DNA of 64,000 nucleotides, from the NCBI GenBank assembly GCA_965248265.1, contig CBDFJF010000001.1, positions 2,720,001 to 2,784,000 on the forward strand, written 5' to 3'. The position numbers were made by a program, and so were the translations under genes. The notes beneath the pieces are model-generated. The model saw only the letters and a program-made list of their open reading frames with translations. It did no database searches and was not told the origin of the DNA. This stretch comes from Candidatus Latescibacterota bacterium (GTDB taxonomy: Bacteria; Latescibacterota; UBA2968; UBA8231). This document shows positions 1-8,619 of the stretch, one piece after another (the stretch's first letter is position 1; each line of letters begins with the position of its first letter).

Positions 1-60
1 GAGATTCCCGAGGAGAAGCCAGCGATGCCCGCCGGCCCTCCCGGAGGGGACATGTACTAG
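1..60 (+). CDS. groEL: Chaperonin GroEL, C-terminal 19 aa (gene enters from the left edge)
   Basis: Frame 1 reads EIPEEKPAMPAGPPGGDMY*, a typical GroEL Pro/Gly/Met tail, followed by a strong terminator. Confidence 0.75.
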   Translation, partial: EIPEEKPAMPAGPPGGDMY

Positions 61-62
61 AC

Positions 63-110
63 AAAGAAAAAGGCTCCGCTGCCTCATGGCCGCGGAGCCT
101 TTCTTTTTTT
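63..110. terminator. Bidirectional intrinsic terminator
   Basis: AAAGGCTCCGC...GCGGAGCCTTT stem with an A-tract before and a T-tract after, between convergent genes. Confidence 0.85.
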
Positions 111-127
111 GTGCGGTCGCGATCCGG

Positions 128-613
128 TCAGTCCTTCCCCCGCGCCAGTTCGCCTTCGGGAGTCCCGTCACGACCGTCGGCTTCCTCAGCGTTGGTCGGA
201 AACTCACGCAACGTGGTCTTGGCCTGTTCCTGATCTTCCTCCCAATCATCCGGTACGGCAGCCAGTTCATCGGCCGGAAAAAACTCGGCGTTGGCGCCCT
301 CCTCCATTACCAGGTGGGGCGTTTCCACGGACCCGCAGAAGTGGCTGGAGGCGGCGAGATAGACCCGTCGACTGGCCTTGAGTTTTCCCCAGACCTTGCC
401 GCTGATTATCGCCTCGCTGACTTCCATGAGCTCAGCTATGACCTTTCCCTGGGCACCGACGATCATGGTCTCAGAAGTATTGAGCCGCCCCCGCAGGTAT
501 CCTTCGACGCGCACGCAGTGATCGATCTCCAGGGCTCCCTCCAGCATCGAACCCCGACCGATGACGGTACCGTGGTCCGAGCCGCCTGACCCGTTGTTTG
601 CCCTCACAGCCAT
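128..613 (-). CDS. Bactofilin (polymer-forming cytoskeletal protein, CcmA/BacA family)
   Basis: TVIGRGSMLEGALEIDHCVRVEGYLRGRL...IISGKVWGKL...GSVETPHLVMEEGA beta-helix repeats. Confidence 0.9.
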   Translation of the reverse strand: MAVRANNGSGGSDHGTVIGRGSMLEGALEIDHCVRVEGYLRGRLNTSETMIVGAQGKVIAELMEVSEAIISGKVWGKLKASRRVYLAASSHFCGSVETPHLVMEEGANAEFFPADELAAVPDDWEEDQEQAKTTLREFPTNAEEADGRDGTPEGELARGKD

Positions 614-1365
614 ATTCGATATTCCAATGGATTTCGTGGTCGACCATCCTCGTAGACACTGAAAAACAGACCCGTGTGATTACCGTCACCGCCACTCCCG
701 GACAGTGCCAGGGGCTGCCCCTTCTGCACAAACTCACCTGCCTCCACCAGCAACGTCCGGTTATATCCGTACTCCGTGGTCAGCCGATTTCCATGGTCCA
801 GGACCACCGCGTACCCGTGTTGGAGATCGAATCCCGCTCGCAGCACGGTGCCGGCGGCGCTGGCCCGCACCAGACTCCCACTTGGTGCAGCGACCACGAT
901 GCCGCCCGTGCTCGGTGAGAACCCTCCCACCGGCACTCCTCGAACAGGCCAGAGCGTGGGAACCGTACGCACGTGGCCCCCGAGCAGCCGATCAACGGAA
1001 GAGACGTAATGCTCGATCACCGATCCACCTGGCGATGGAGATGACGGCTCGCCGACATCGGGCGTCGCGGAGAGTATATGGCGCAGCTTCTTGTTGCGCT
1101 CCTCAAGGCTCTCCAGGAGCACTTCCAACTCAGTGAGCAAACCGACATCCTCCTCGAGGACCCCTTTCTCACGCTCCAGCTGTGCTACCAGGCGGCGCAT
1201 GTCCTTGGCGTCGGAGTGCGCGATGAAGCCGGCGATGAGCAGGAAGAGGACGACGACGCAGGAAAAACCGGCCAGCCATGCGAGTACACGCGGGATCTTG
1301 AACTCGTAGGTACGCCCTCCCTCTTCGGGAATGATGAGAAGGGTCAGTCGTCGCGCTTTGGCCAT
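604..1365 (-). CDS. M23/LytM-family protein with TM helix and coiled coil, probably catalytically inactive
   Basis: PTLWPVRG, AAPSGSLVRASAAGTV, GYAVVLDHG, GEFVQKGQPLALSG, DGRPRNPL; zinc ligands absent. Confidence 0.85.
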   Translation of the reverse strand: MAKARRLTLLIIPEEGGRTYEFKIPRVLAWLAGFSCVVVLFLLIAGFIAHSDAKDMRRLVAQLEREKGVLEEDVGLLTELEVLLESLEERNKKLRHILSATPDVGEPSSPSPGGSVIEHYVSSVDRLLGGHVRTVPTLWPVRGVPVGGFSPSTGGIVVAAPSGSLVRASAAGTVLRAGFDLQHGYAVVLDHGNRLTTEYGYNRTLLVEAGEFVQKGQPLALSGSGGDGNHTGLFFSVYEDGRPRNPLEYRIWL

Positions 1366-1368
1366 GGC

Positions 1369-1701
1369 CTATGCCGTTATGTCCAGCAGGATTCCGGTCA
1401 TCTCATCCTGCGCTCGAATTACATGTGCGAGACCGTTTGCGTGATTCGGAGCTGTCAGCAAGGGCAGGATACCCGTCGTCAATAGGTCTTCACTCGGATT
1501 GACCGTGCCATCGGCAGGAGTGAGCTGTGCGTGCGTCCGTGTTTCGACTCCCCGACCTTCGAGTTCACTGGCATGCGCCCGAAGAGTGACGGTGACCGAG
1601 GGAGGGACGGCAGCCTGACTGGCGATGTTGTGCGCCGCCCCCTGAAGACGAGCCTGCTGATGGCGCAGTCCGGAGGCAGCTATGGAAAGATTCGTGATCA
1701 T
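1369..1701 (-). CDS. Small flagellar basal-body rod/hook-like protein (FlgC/FlgE-type N- and C-terminal helices only)
   Basis: N-terminal IAASGL...RLQGAAHNIAS and C-terminal VIRAQDEMTGILLDITA motifs. Confidence 0.7.
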   Translation of the reverse strand: MITNLSIAASGLRHQQARLQGAAHNIASQAAVPPSVTVTLRAHASELEGRGVETRTHAQLTPADGTVNPSEDLLTTGILPLLTAPNHANGLAHVIRAQDEMTGILLDITA

Positions 1702-1760
1702 GTGTTTGGCTCTTCTGTATATATCATATATCGGATAAATCAGCAGAAAAGATCACTCTT

Positions 1761-1836
1761 CCGCTTTAGCGATCCGCTTTAGCGATCCGCTTTAGCGATC
1801 CGCTTTAGCGATCCGCTTTAGCGATCCGCTTTAGCG
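1761..1836. repeat. 13-bp tandem repeat (CCGCTTTAGCGAT) x ~5.8
   Basis: Five exact copies plus an 11-bp partial; overlaps the stop codon of the 1818..2294 gene. Confidence 0.95.
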
Positions 1837-2294
1837 TCCATGAAGACACCGCAGTGGAGCATTCGTGCACCGAAATACGGATTCGCGATGTCCCCGTTGC
1901 GCTGGATCCAGCGCGCCCCCTGGTAGTCGAACGCCATTGGACATCCGGCAACGCGAAGCCCGTCCATGAGCGCCTTGCCGTCGATGAGGTACTCGGAAAT
2001 CGACTGGAAAAGCACCCGGACGCTGTCGACGTCGGCCCCTTCCGCCCCGGCCACCAACCGTTGGACCTCCTCGGGTGCGGACTCGGACAGATGCCGAAGA
2101 GCCGCGATCGCCTCATCCAGACGATCCCGGGCAAGCGCGTCCTGAGCCACCAGATACTGCTTCAAAACCGGGTCAGCTTCAAGGGCAGCGTCCACCCGCC
2201 GGATCGCATCATCCTCACCGTTGGCGCAGCCGTTCAGACCCACAAGAACCAGGGCTGTGCCCCATCGCCCAATCCTGCGTACTTGCCCCGTCAT
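1818..2294 (-). CDS. DUF3347-like (CusB-associated heavy-metal-binding) lipoprotein
   Basis: Lipobox LNGC; YL...QDALARD; CPMAF...GARWIQ...IANPYFGARMLHCG. Confidence 0.8.
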   Translation of the reverse strand: MTGQVRRIGRWGTALVLVGLNGCANGEDDAIRRVDAALEADPVLKQYLVAQDALARDRLDEAIAALRHLSESAPEEVQRLVAGAEGADVDSVRVLFQSISEYLIDGKALMDGLRVAGCPMAFDYQGARWIQRNGDIANPYFGARMLHCGVFMDAKADR

Positions 2295-2424
2295 AAAAAA
2301 AGAATAGGGTGGCCGGCCCCGACAACCAAGGCTTCATCATCGTCGGGGGAGCCCGCACTCAGTCATGTAGACGACAGGTAACAGATCGATCTCCTTACAG
2401 CTTGGGTTTCTCGAGTTGATCGAC

Positions 2425-2440
2425 AGGCACGAAGATTGCG
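2425..2440 (+). promoter_or_regulatory. Putative sigma54 (-24/-12) promoter
   Basis: AGGCACGAAGATTGCG matches TGGCACG-N4-TTGCW with exact GG-N10-GC spacing. Confidence 0.6.
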
Positions 2441-2451
2441 TTTCCGACACT

Positions 2452-4014
2452 ATGCCCACTTGCGTACTCAGCGCCTTGACGCACGGAATCGAAGCCTACC
2501 TCGTCCGTGTCGAGGTCGATACCAGCCGCCAACTGCCCACCTTCACCGTCGTCGGTCTGCCCGACAGCGCAGTGCGAGAGAGCCGCGAACGGGTGATGGC
2601 CGCCATCCGGAACTCCGGATATGAGTGGCCCCGGCGACGCGTCACCGTCAACCTGGCGCCAGCGGATGTGCGCAAGGAGGGTTCCGCTTTTGACCTCGCA
2701 ATGGCAGTCGGCATTCTCGGTGCTTCCGGTCAACTCGACAATACCCTGTTAGCCGACTACGCCTTTCTCGGAGAGTTGTCCCTTGACGGGTCGGTGCGAC
2801 CCGTGCGCGGAGCCCTTTCGATGGCCATGGAGATGGCTCAGCAGGGGATATATGCCACCATCCTGCCGCGGGAGAACATGGAAGAAGCCGCCATGGCCGA
2901 CGGACCGCTCGTGTACGGGGCTCACACCTTGACTGAGACTATCGAGATCCTGGAGGGTAGTGTCCGCATTCCCCCGTACTCCGTCGATCTTGCCGCCGCC
3001 CTCGCTCGTCACCGTGGTCCCGCCGACGACATCGATTTCTCGGAGGTCCGGGGACAGGGACAAGCCAAGCGCGCGCTCGAGGTCGCTGCCGCGGGAGGCC
3101 ACAACGTCCTCCTCATCGGCCCGCCGGGATCCGGAAAAACCATGCTGGCTCGCCGGTTGCCCACCATACTCCCGGAGATTACCGCGGAGGAAGCCCTCGC
3201 GACGACGAGGATTCACTCCGTTGCCGGGCTGTTGCCTCCAGGGATTGCGGTAGTCAACCAGAGGCCATTCCGCGCCCCGCATCACACCATATCGGACGCC
3301 GGACTGATCGGTGGTGGCCGTTATCCCCGGCCGGGCGAGGCCTCACTCGCCCACCATGGCGTGCTCTTTCTGGATGAACTTCCCGAGTTCAAGAGGCATG
3401 TCGTCGAAGCCTTACGACAGCCATTGGAGGACAACCATATAACGATTGGCCGGGCAGCGTTGACGCTGACCTACCCGGCCCGTTTCATGCTGGTTGCCGC
3501 CATGAACCCATGTCCGTGTGGGCAGCTGACGAACCCGCAGCGCGAGTGCTCCTGCACGGCGACGACAGTACAGCGATACTGCAATCGGCTATCTGGGCCG
3601 TTATTAGACCGTATCGACCTTCACGTAGATGTCCCGGCGCCCTCCTATGGGCAGATGTCGGCGCCAGACGGCGGCGAATCCTCGCGCCAGATTGGCGCAC
3701 GAGTCACCTCGGCCAGGCATATACAACTCGATCGCTACGCCGGCATGCCCGATCAATTCTGCAATGCCCATCTGGGATCTCGAGATGTATCCGAGTTCTG
3801 CCGCTTGCACGGCGACGGCGAGCAGTTGCTGAGCTTGGCCATCACGCGGTTGAAGCTTTCCGCGCGCGCCTATCACCGTATCCTGAAGGTTTCGCGGACC
3901 ATAGCCGACCTTGATTGGGAAGGAGAAATCCTCTCGCACCACGTCAGCGAGGCCATCCAATACCGGAGTCTCGACCGCGCCTCGGCAACCGAGCCCACCA
4001 CCTTATTCCGGTGA
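2452..4014 (+). CDS. comM: YifB/ComM Mg-chelatase-related AAA+ ATPase
   Basis: VGLPDSAVRESRERV, VNLAPAD.RKEGSAFDL, GPPGSGKT, PFRAPHH, LFLDELPEF, AAMNPCPCG, LSARAYHRILKVSRTIADL; ATG 2452 preferred over TTG 2416. Confidence 0.95.
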   Translation: MPTCVLSALTHGIEAYLVRVEVDTSRQLPTFTVVGLPDSAVRESRERVMAAIRNSGYEWPRRRVTVNLAPADVRKEGSAFDLAMAVGILGASGQLDNTLLADYAFLGELSLDGSVRPVRGALSMAMEMAQQGIYATILPRENMEEAAMADGPLVYGAHTLTETIEILEGSVRIPPYSVDLAAALARHRGPADDIDFSEVRGQGQAKRALEVAAAGGHNVLLIGPPGSGKTMLARRLPTILPEITAEEALATTRIHSVAGLLPPGIAVVNQRPFRAPHHTISDAGLIGGGRYPRPGEASLAHHGVLFLDELPEFKRHVVEALRQPLEDNHITIGRAALTLTYPARFMLVAAMNPCPCGQLTNPQRECSCTATTVQRYCNRLSGPLLDRIDLHVDVPAPSYGQMSAPDGGESSRQIGARVTSARHIQLDRYAGMPDQFCNAHLGSRDVSEFCRLHGDGEQLLSLAITRLKLSARAYHRILKVSRTIADLDWEGEILSHHVSEAIQYRSLDRASATEPTTLFR

Positions 4015-5025
4015 AAGGGCGTTTTCTCGGGCAAACGCCCGCTCGCTTTCGACGAGCTCTCCCCGCAACAGGTGGATGCGTCCCAGCTCGCGCCACAAAA
4101 TGGCATTGGCAGGCATTCTCTCGACCAGTTGGCGCAGCAGTGGCAGCGCCTTTTCCGTGTCGTCCTTGACGATGTAACTGAGCGCCAGATTGTGCAGCGC
4201 GTCGTCGTCAGCCGGATCCAGGGCGACGGCTGTTTCGTATGCGCCAATCGCCTCGTCGTAGGCCTCCAGCTGCCAGTGCAGATTGCCCAGGTTGTAATGG
4301 ACTGTCTGGTCATCCGGCAGCATCTTCAATAATCGCTCATACACGCCGATGGCAGCTTCCAGGTTGCCACTTCCCTCACAGGCCTGGGCGAGGCTGCGCA
4401 GCCCGTCCCGGTGCTGGGGGTCCAGTTCCAGAAGTCGCTCAAAGCTTGTTGCCGCTTCGGCGTAACTTTGATTGGCCAGGTGGACCGTGCCCAGATCGAA
4501 CCACGATGTCGGGTTGTCAGCATCGACTCGAGCCGCGGCTTCGTACGCCGTCGTCGCCGCTGAGAGGCTGTCCAGTTTGAAATAGGTGTAGCCGAGGTTG
4601 CGCCACCCGGCGGCCTGCGCCGGATCGATCGCAGTCGCCGCTTTGAACGCCCCTATCGCCGCCGCGTGATCGGCAGTGGCCTCTTGCAGGATGGCAGCTC
4701 CACGGTTGTACTCGGTGGTGAAGTAGTCGGTACGCACGCGATCGACGCCAAGGAAGTGGTCATCGCCCAGCGCCAGCGAGCGCTCGAAGGCCTGGTTCAT
4801 TCGTGTGTAGTCGCCGCGGCGCGCGTGAATGGTGCCGATCAGAAAGGGAACTTCGGGATCCCCCGGCCGCTTCGTGCCCGCCTGTTCCAGGTAATCCAAA
4901 GCCTCTTGGTCCTGCCCATCACGCATGTAGAGCTTGCCTTTGGTCAGTTCACCCTGACATCCAATCAAGCATATCAGCGCCAACATGATGAGGGGGGTTC
5001 GTCCGATCGTTGATCGATTCATCAC
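4003..5025 (-). CDS. Tetratricopeptide-repeat lipoprotein
   Basis: Signal peptide with LIGC lipobox; multiple TPRs (W.NLG, HYNLG, LHNLA). Confidence 0.9.
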   Translation of the reverse strand: MMNRSTIGRTPLIMLALICLIGCQGELTKGKLYMRDGQDQEALDYLEQAGTKRPGDPEVPFLIGTIHARRGDYTRMNQAFERSLALGDDHFLGVDRVRTDYFTTEYNRGAAILQEATADHAAAIGAFKAATAIDPAQAAGWRNLGYTYFKLDSLSAATTAYEAAARVDADNPTSWFDLGTVHLANQSYAEAATSFERLLELDPQHRDGLRSLAQACEGSGNLEAAIGVYERLLKMLPDDQTVHYNLGNLHWQLEAYDEAIGAYETAVALDPADDDALHNLALSYIVKDDTEKALPLLRQLVERMPANAILWRELGRIHLLRGELVESERAFARENALSPE

Positions 5026-5089
5026 GGTCTCCTCACATTGCTTTCACTGGCCTGCATCAATCGCTTTATTCAAATTCCAGCCTCGTCTA

Positions 5090-5309
5090 AAGTGTCCCGT
5101 CGCAGAAATAGGTTGACGAAACTCGGCCGCCCGAACCGTCAGGTTCGCAGGCGCGTCCGGCTTGCAAGGCGCCTGAGCGAGTCGTATTAGTGGGATACGG
5201 CGAGCGAAGGCGCTCAGGGACGAGGCCGAACTCCAAGAGTTCGGTCCCACGCCGCGAGCAGGGATGGATCGGCGGAAGAATGTCGACATATTTCTGCGAC
5301 GGGACACTT
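5090..5309. mobile_element. MITE-like non-autonomous element (220 bp)
   Basis: Terminal inverted repeats AAGTGTCCCGTCGCAGAAATA (21 bp exact, 26 of 28 extended) at 5090-5117 and 5282-5309; internal hairpins; no clean target-site duplication seen. Confidence 0.75.
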
Positions 5310-5337
5310 ATAGTAGTTATAACTGAGGATTCGACTC

Positions 5338-7236
5338 GTGACTGCAGCAGACAATGACAGCGATGCCGTAACGGTAGTCCGTGATGTCATGGTGCCCATG
5401 CGGGACGGTGTGCACATGGCAACGGACATTTTTTTCCCTCCCGGCTGTGATCGCTCGGCGCCGCACCCCGTGCTCCTGCATCGCACGCCCTACAACAAGA
5501 TCGAAGCCGAGCGCATGACCAGCTACGCTCCGTGGTTTGCCCGACACGGCTACATCGGCGTCATGCAGGATTGCCGTGGTTGCTACAAATCGGAAGGCGA
5601 TGTCGATTTCTTTGCGCCGGAGGCCGAGGACGGCTTCGACACCCTGGAATGGATTTCTCAGCAAGAGTGGTCGAACGGCAAGGTTGGGACCTGGGGTACT
5701 TCGTGGGCGTCGTGGACTCAGACTGGCCCCGCGGCACTGGGCTCCAAGCACCTGGCCGTGATGGTGCCCAACATGAGCGGAGCGTTCGCGCATGAGAGTT
5801 CCGTCCGTCACGGGGGGGCGCTGGAGCTGCGCTTTCTTGCATGGGCTTTCTGGCACAGTGCGTGCAACACGCAGCGGGCGCTCAAATCGAACCCGGCCAT
5901 TGATGCTGCGTTGAATCATAAAGCTCCCACGTTCACCGATTGGCTGACCAGGATGCCATTGCGGCGAGGGCAGACGCAGCTGAGCATCGTGCCCGCCTAC
6001 GAGGAGTGGGCGCTGAAAATTCAGACCGAAGCGAATCTCACCGACTACTGGAAACAACCGAGTCTGTCACCGGGGTACTACTGGGACGACTTCCCGGACA
6101 TTCCCATTCTCATCGTCGGCGGGTGGTACGATTCCTACACACGCTCTACCTTCCGTAACTTCGAAGGACTCTCCAGCCGCAAAAAGGGGCCCATCAAAGT
6201 CCTCGTGGGCCCGTGGCTGCATGGCCACAACACCGTCGAACAGACCTTCGCGGGCGATATCGAATTCGGTGAGGATTCGGCCCTGGCGAGTTTTCGCGAC
6301 CTGCACAAGCGCTGGTTCGACGCGGCACTGAAGGGAGTCGATACCGGCATCGCTCATGAGGCGCCGGTGGAGATCTTTGTCATGGGCGGGGGCGGGGGCC
6401 AGCGCACAGCTGCGGGAAGATTGTTTCACGGAGGCTCCTGGAGGCAGGAAAAAGAGTGGCCGTTGGCACGCACCCAATACACCCCGTTTTATTTACAGGA
6501 TGACGGGGGCTTGATTCCCGAGAAACCGGACGACGACGACTCCTCAACGACCTACCGCTTTGACCCCTCGAATCCAGTGCCCTCGCTCGGCGGCAACGTG
6601 TCGGCGCTGTGCGACCTGCTGCCCAGTCCGGCCGGGGTGATGGATCCGGCCTTCACTCCGCGTGCCGGCAGGATCGAGACCCTGCTCAAGCCGGGTGGGT
6701 ATGATCAAGTCGAAGGCCCTCAGTATTGGGGCTGCACGCCACCCTACCTGCCGCTTGGATCGCGTCCTGATGTGCTGGTGTTTGAGACAGATCCGCTTAA
6801 ACAGGACATGGAAGTGACCGGACCGATTGAGGTTTTTCTGTGGGTGAGCTCGTCAGCCGTCGATACCGATTTCACGGCCAAGCTCATCGACGTCTATCCG
6901 CCGAGCTCATGGTACCCGTTCGGCTACGCCTTGAATCTCACCGACAGCATCATGCGACTGCGCTTCCGCAACGGCTACGAACACGGAGAGGAGTTGCTCA
7001 CACCCGGGAATCGTGTCCAGGTTCAGATCACCCTCTACCCGACCAGCAACCTGTTCGGCGCCGGACATCGTATCCGTCTCGATGTGTCCAGTTCGAATTT
7101 CCCACGCTTCGACGTCAATCCAAACACCGGGGATGCTATCGGCACGGAGCGTCGCCGCCAGGGGGCCGACAACACCGTCTTCCACAGTGCCTCCTACCCG
7201 TCCCACATCGTGCTACCCATCGTGCCGGCCAAATGA
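5338..7236 (+). CDS. CocE/NonD family serine hydrolase (peptidase S15-like)
   Basis: VPMRDGVHMATDIF.P, RTPYNK, QDCRGCYKSEG, W.NGKVGTWGTSW, GGWYD, GPWLH, DTDFTAKL.DV, GHRIRLDVSSSNFPRFDVNPNTG. Confidence 0.95.
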   Translation: MTAADNDSDAVTVVRDVMVPMRDGVHMATDIFFPPGCDRSAPHPVLLHRTPYNKIEAERMTSYAPWFARHGYIGVMQDCRGCYKSEGDVDFFAPEAEDGFDTLEWISQQEWSNGKVGTWGTSWASWTQTGPAALGSKHLAVMVPNMSGAFAHESSVRHGGALELRFLAWAFWHSACNTQRALKSNPAIDAALNHKAPTFTDWLTRMPLRRGQTQLSIVPAYEEWALKIQTEANLTDYWKQPSLSPGYYWDDFPDIPILIVGGWYDSYTRSTFRNFEGLSSRKKGPIKVLVGPWLHGHNTVEQTFAGDIEFGEDSALASFRDLHKRWFDAALKGVDTGIAHEAPVEIFVMGGGGGQRTAAGRLFHGGSWRQEKEWPLARTQYTPFYLQDDGGLIPEKPDDDDSSTTYRFDPSNPVPSLGGNVSALCDLLPSPAGVMDPAFTPRAGRIETLLKPGGYDQVEGPQYWGCTPPYLPLGSRPDVLVFETDPLKQDMEVTGPIEVFLWVSSSAVDTDFTAKLIDVYPPSSWYPFGYALNLTDSIMRLRFRNGYEHGEELLTPGNRVQVQITLYPTSNLFGAGHRIRLDVSSSNFPRFDVNPNTGDAIGTERRRQGADNTVFHSASYPSHIVLPIVPAK

Positions 7237-7250
7237 TCAAGTAGAGTTGA

Positions 7251-8594
7251 TCAGGTACAGCGGTCGACGACCTCCATGATCTCGGCGACCACGGTGTGAC
7301 CGAGCGATACTCGAAGTGCTTCTAAGCCGTTCTCATCCAGGTTGACCGCCCGCAGCACGGCGGGGTCGTAGTGACCACGTTCCTGCGGCAAGTATCCCAG
7401 ACCGAAATCCTTCGCCAGGTTGTCGGCCAGATGCACCAGGCACTGCAGAGCATTGGGCAGGGATTCTATATCGTTGTGCGTGGCCACTACCTTAACCACG
7501 TGTTCGCCCATCGCGGCCCTCATCAACAGTAGCTGCCCCACCTGCTGATGGGTGACGATATCCCCCAGACGCGCCTCCGCTTCGCGAAAGCTGACGTTGG
7601 TACCCGTCATCATCTGCTCAACCCGGTGGAAATAACTCCAGAAGAAGAACCCGAGGATGAGCTTGCCGACATCGTGCAACAAGGCGGCGACCCAGTACTC
7701 ACTAATGCCGATGTCGTTATCGAATTGTACAAGCCGCTCGCCGTAGATCTTGTCGGCGATATGGGCGCTGCCGACGGAATGGATCCAGAACCGTCTCAGA
7801 TCGAAGTGGCTCTCTTCCGGCTTGATTAGGCTGTTGATGAGCTTGATCTGCAGCGCGATACTGCCCAGCTTGCGGCGCCCTAGACGGACGATGGCTTCCT
7901 GGAGACTCCAATCGCCACGGTGACCGACGCCGGCGAAAGCCGGGGTATTGACGACCTGCAGCAACTTGTGAACGATGGCCGGGTCGCTGCGCAGGACTTC
8001 CTCCAACTGCTCCGGCGTCGAGTTGGCATCGCTGATCACCTCCATGATGCGGAGGACGACTTCGGGAAGCGTTGGAAGTGTATGCAGGTTGTTGAGCTGC
8101 TTCTCGACTCGTTTCTGCAGGATTCGGTAGGCGACATGTTGGGCGCGATCGAACAACCCGCCGATGCTGTTCTGCTCGAACACCTCTTCGATGCGCTCCC
8201 GCAAGGAGGCGCCAGCACCATGGGCCAACGCCCCTTCCCAGGTGATGACGTGAACATTGGGAAGTAGATCGACCGATTCCCCCTCGTCCAGCGCGCTCTC
8301 TGGAAGAACCAGAAACACAGGAACGGTTCCGTCTTTCGTAAACTTCGTCAGCGAGGCCTCCCCAACGGCCTGGTCCTGCACCAGAAAGACGTTGCGTATG
8401 AACTGGCCGCGCTCGCCGGAGGACAGCGTGGTAGCCTCACCGATGTGCCGGGCGAGAATGATGTTGAATCCGTAGAGGTAGTTGAGGACCAGACTAAGCC
8501 GTTTGACGAGCTCCTGCTGTTGCTCGCCCGGCTGTTGTACGATCAGGCCGTACTCGTCGCCGTCGTTGTCTGTGCCTGGCTTGTTCGTACTCAT
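7251..8594 (-). CDS. HDOD-domain signal-output protein with degenerate receiver-like N-terminus
   Basis: LPTLPEVVLRI, DPAIVHKLLQVVN, AIVRLG, FWIHSV, AALLHDVGKL, HQQVG, LVHLAD. Confidence 0.9.
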   Translation of the reverse strand: MSTNKPGTDNDGDEYGLIVQQPGEQQQELVKRLSLVLNYLYGFNIILARHIGEATTLSSGERGQFIRNVFLVQDQAVGEASLTKFTKDGTVPVFLVLPESALDEGESVDLLPNVHVITWEGALAHGAGASLRERIEEVFEQNSIGGLFDRAQHVAYRILQKRVEKQLNNLHTLPTLPEVVLRIMEVISDANSTPEQLEEVLRSDPAIVHKLLQVVNTPAFAGVGHRGDWSLQEAIVRLGRRKLGSIALQIKLINSLIKPEESHFDLRRFWIHSVGSAHIADKIYGERLVQFDNDIGISEYWVAALLHDVGKLILGFFFWSYFHRVEQMMTGTNVSFREAEARLGDIVTHQQVGQLLLMRAAMGEHVVKVVATHNDIESLPNALQCLVHLADNLAKDFGLGYLPQERGHYDPAVLRAVNLDENGLEALRVSLGHTVVAEIMEVVDRCT

Positions 8595-8619
8595 GCGCTG
8601 AACCGATCCGTCTGTGGCC

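Noticed and set aside
1702-1770. Sigma28 promoter for the rod-like gene (TCCGATAT on the minus strand)
   Set aside because: No TAAA -35 element at the required 15-nt spacing
1761-1836. CRISPR array
   Set aside because: Head-to-tail 13-bp units with no spacers and no cas genes
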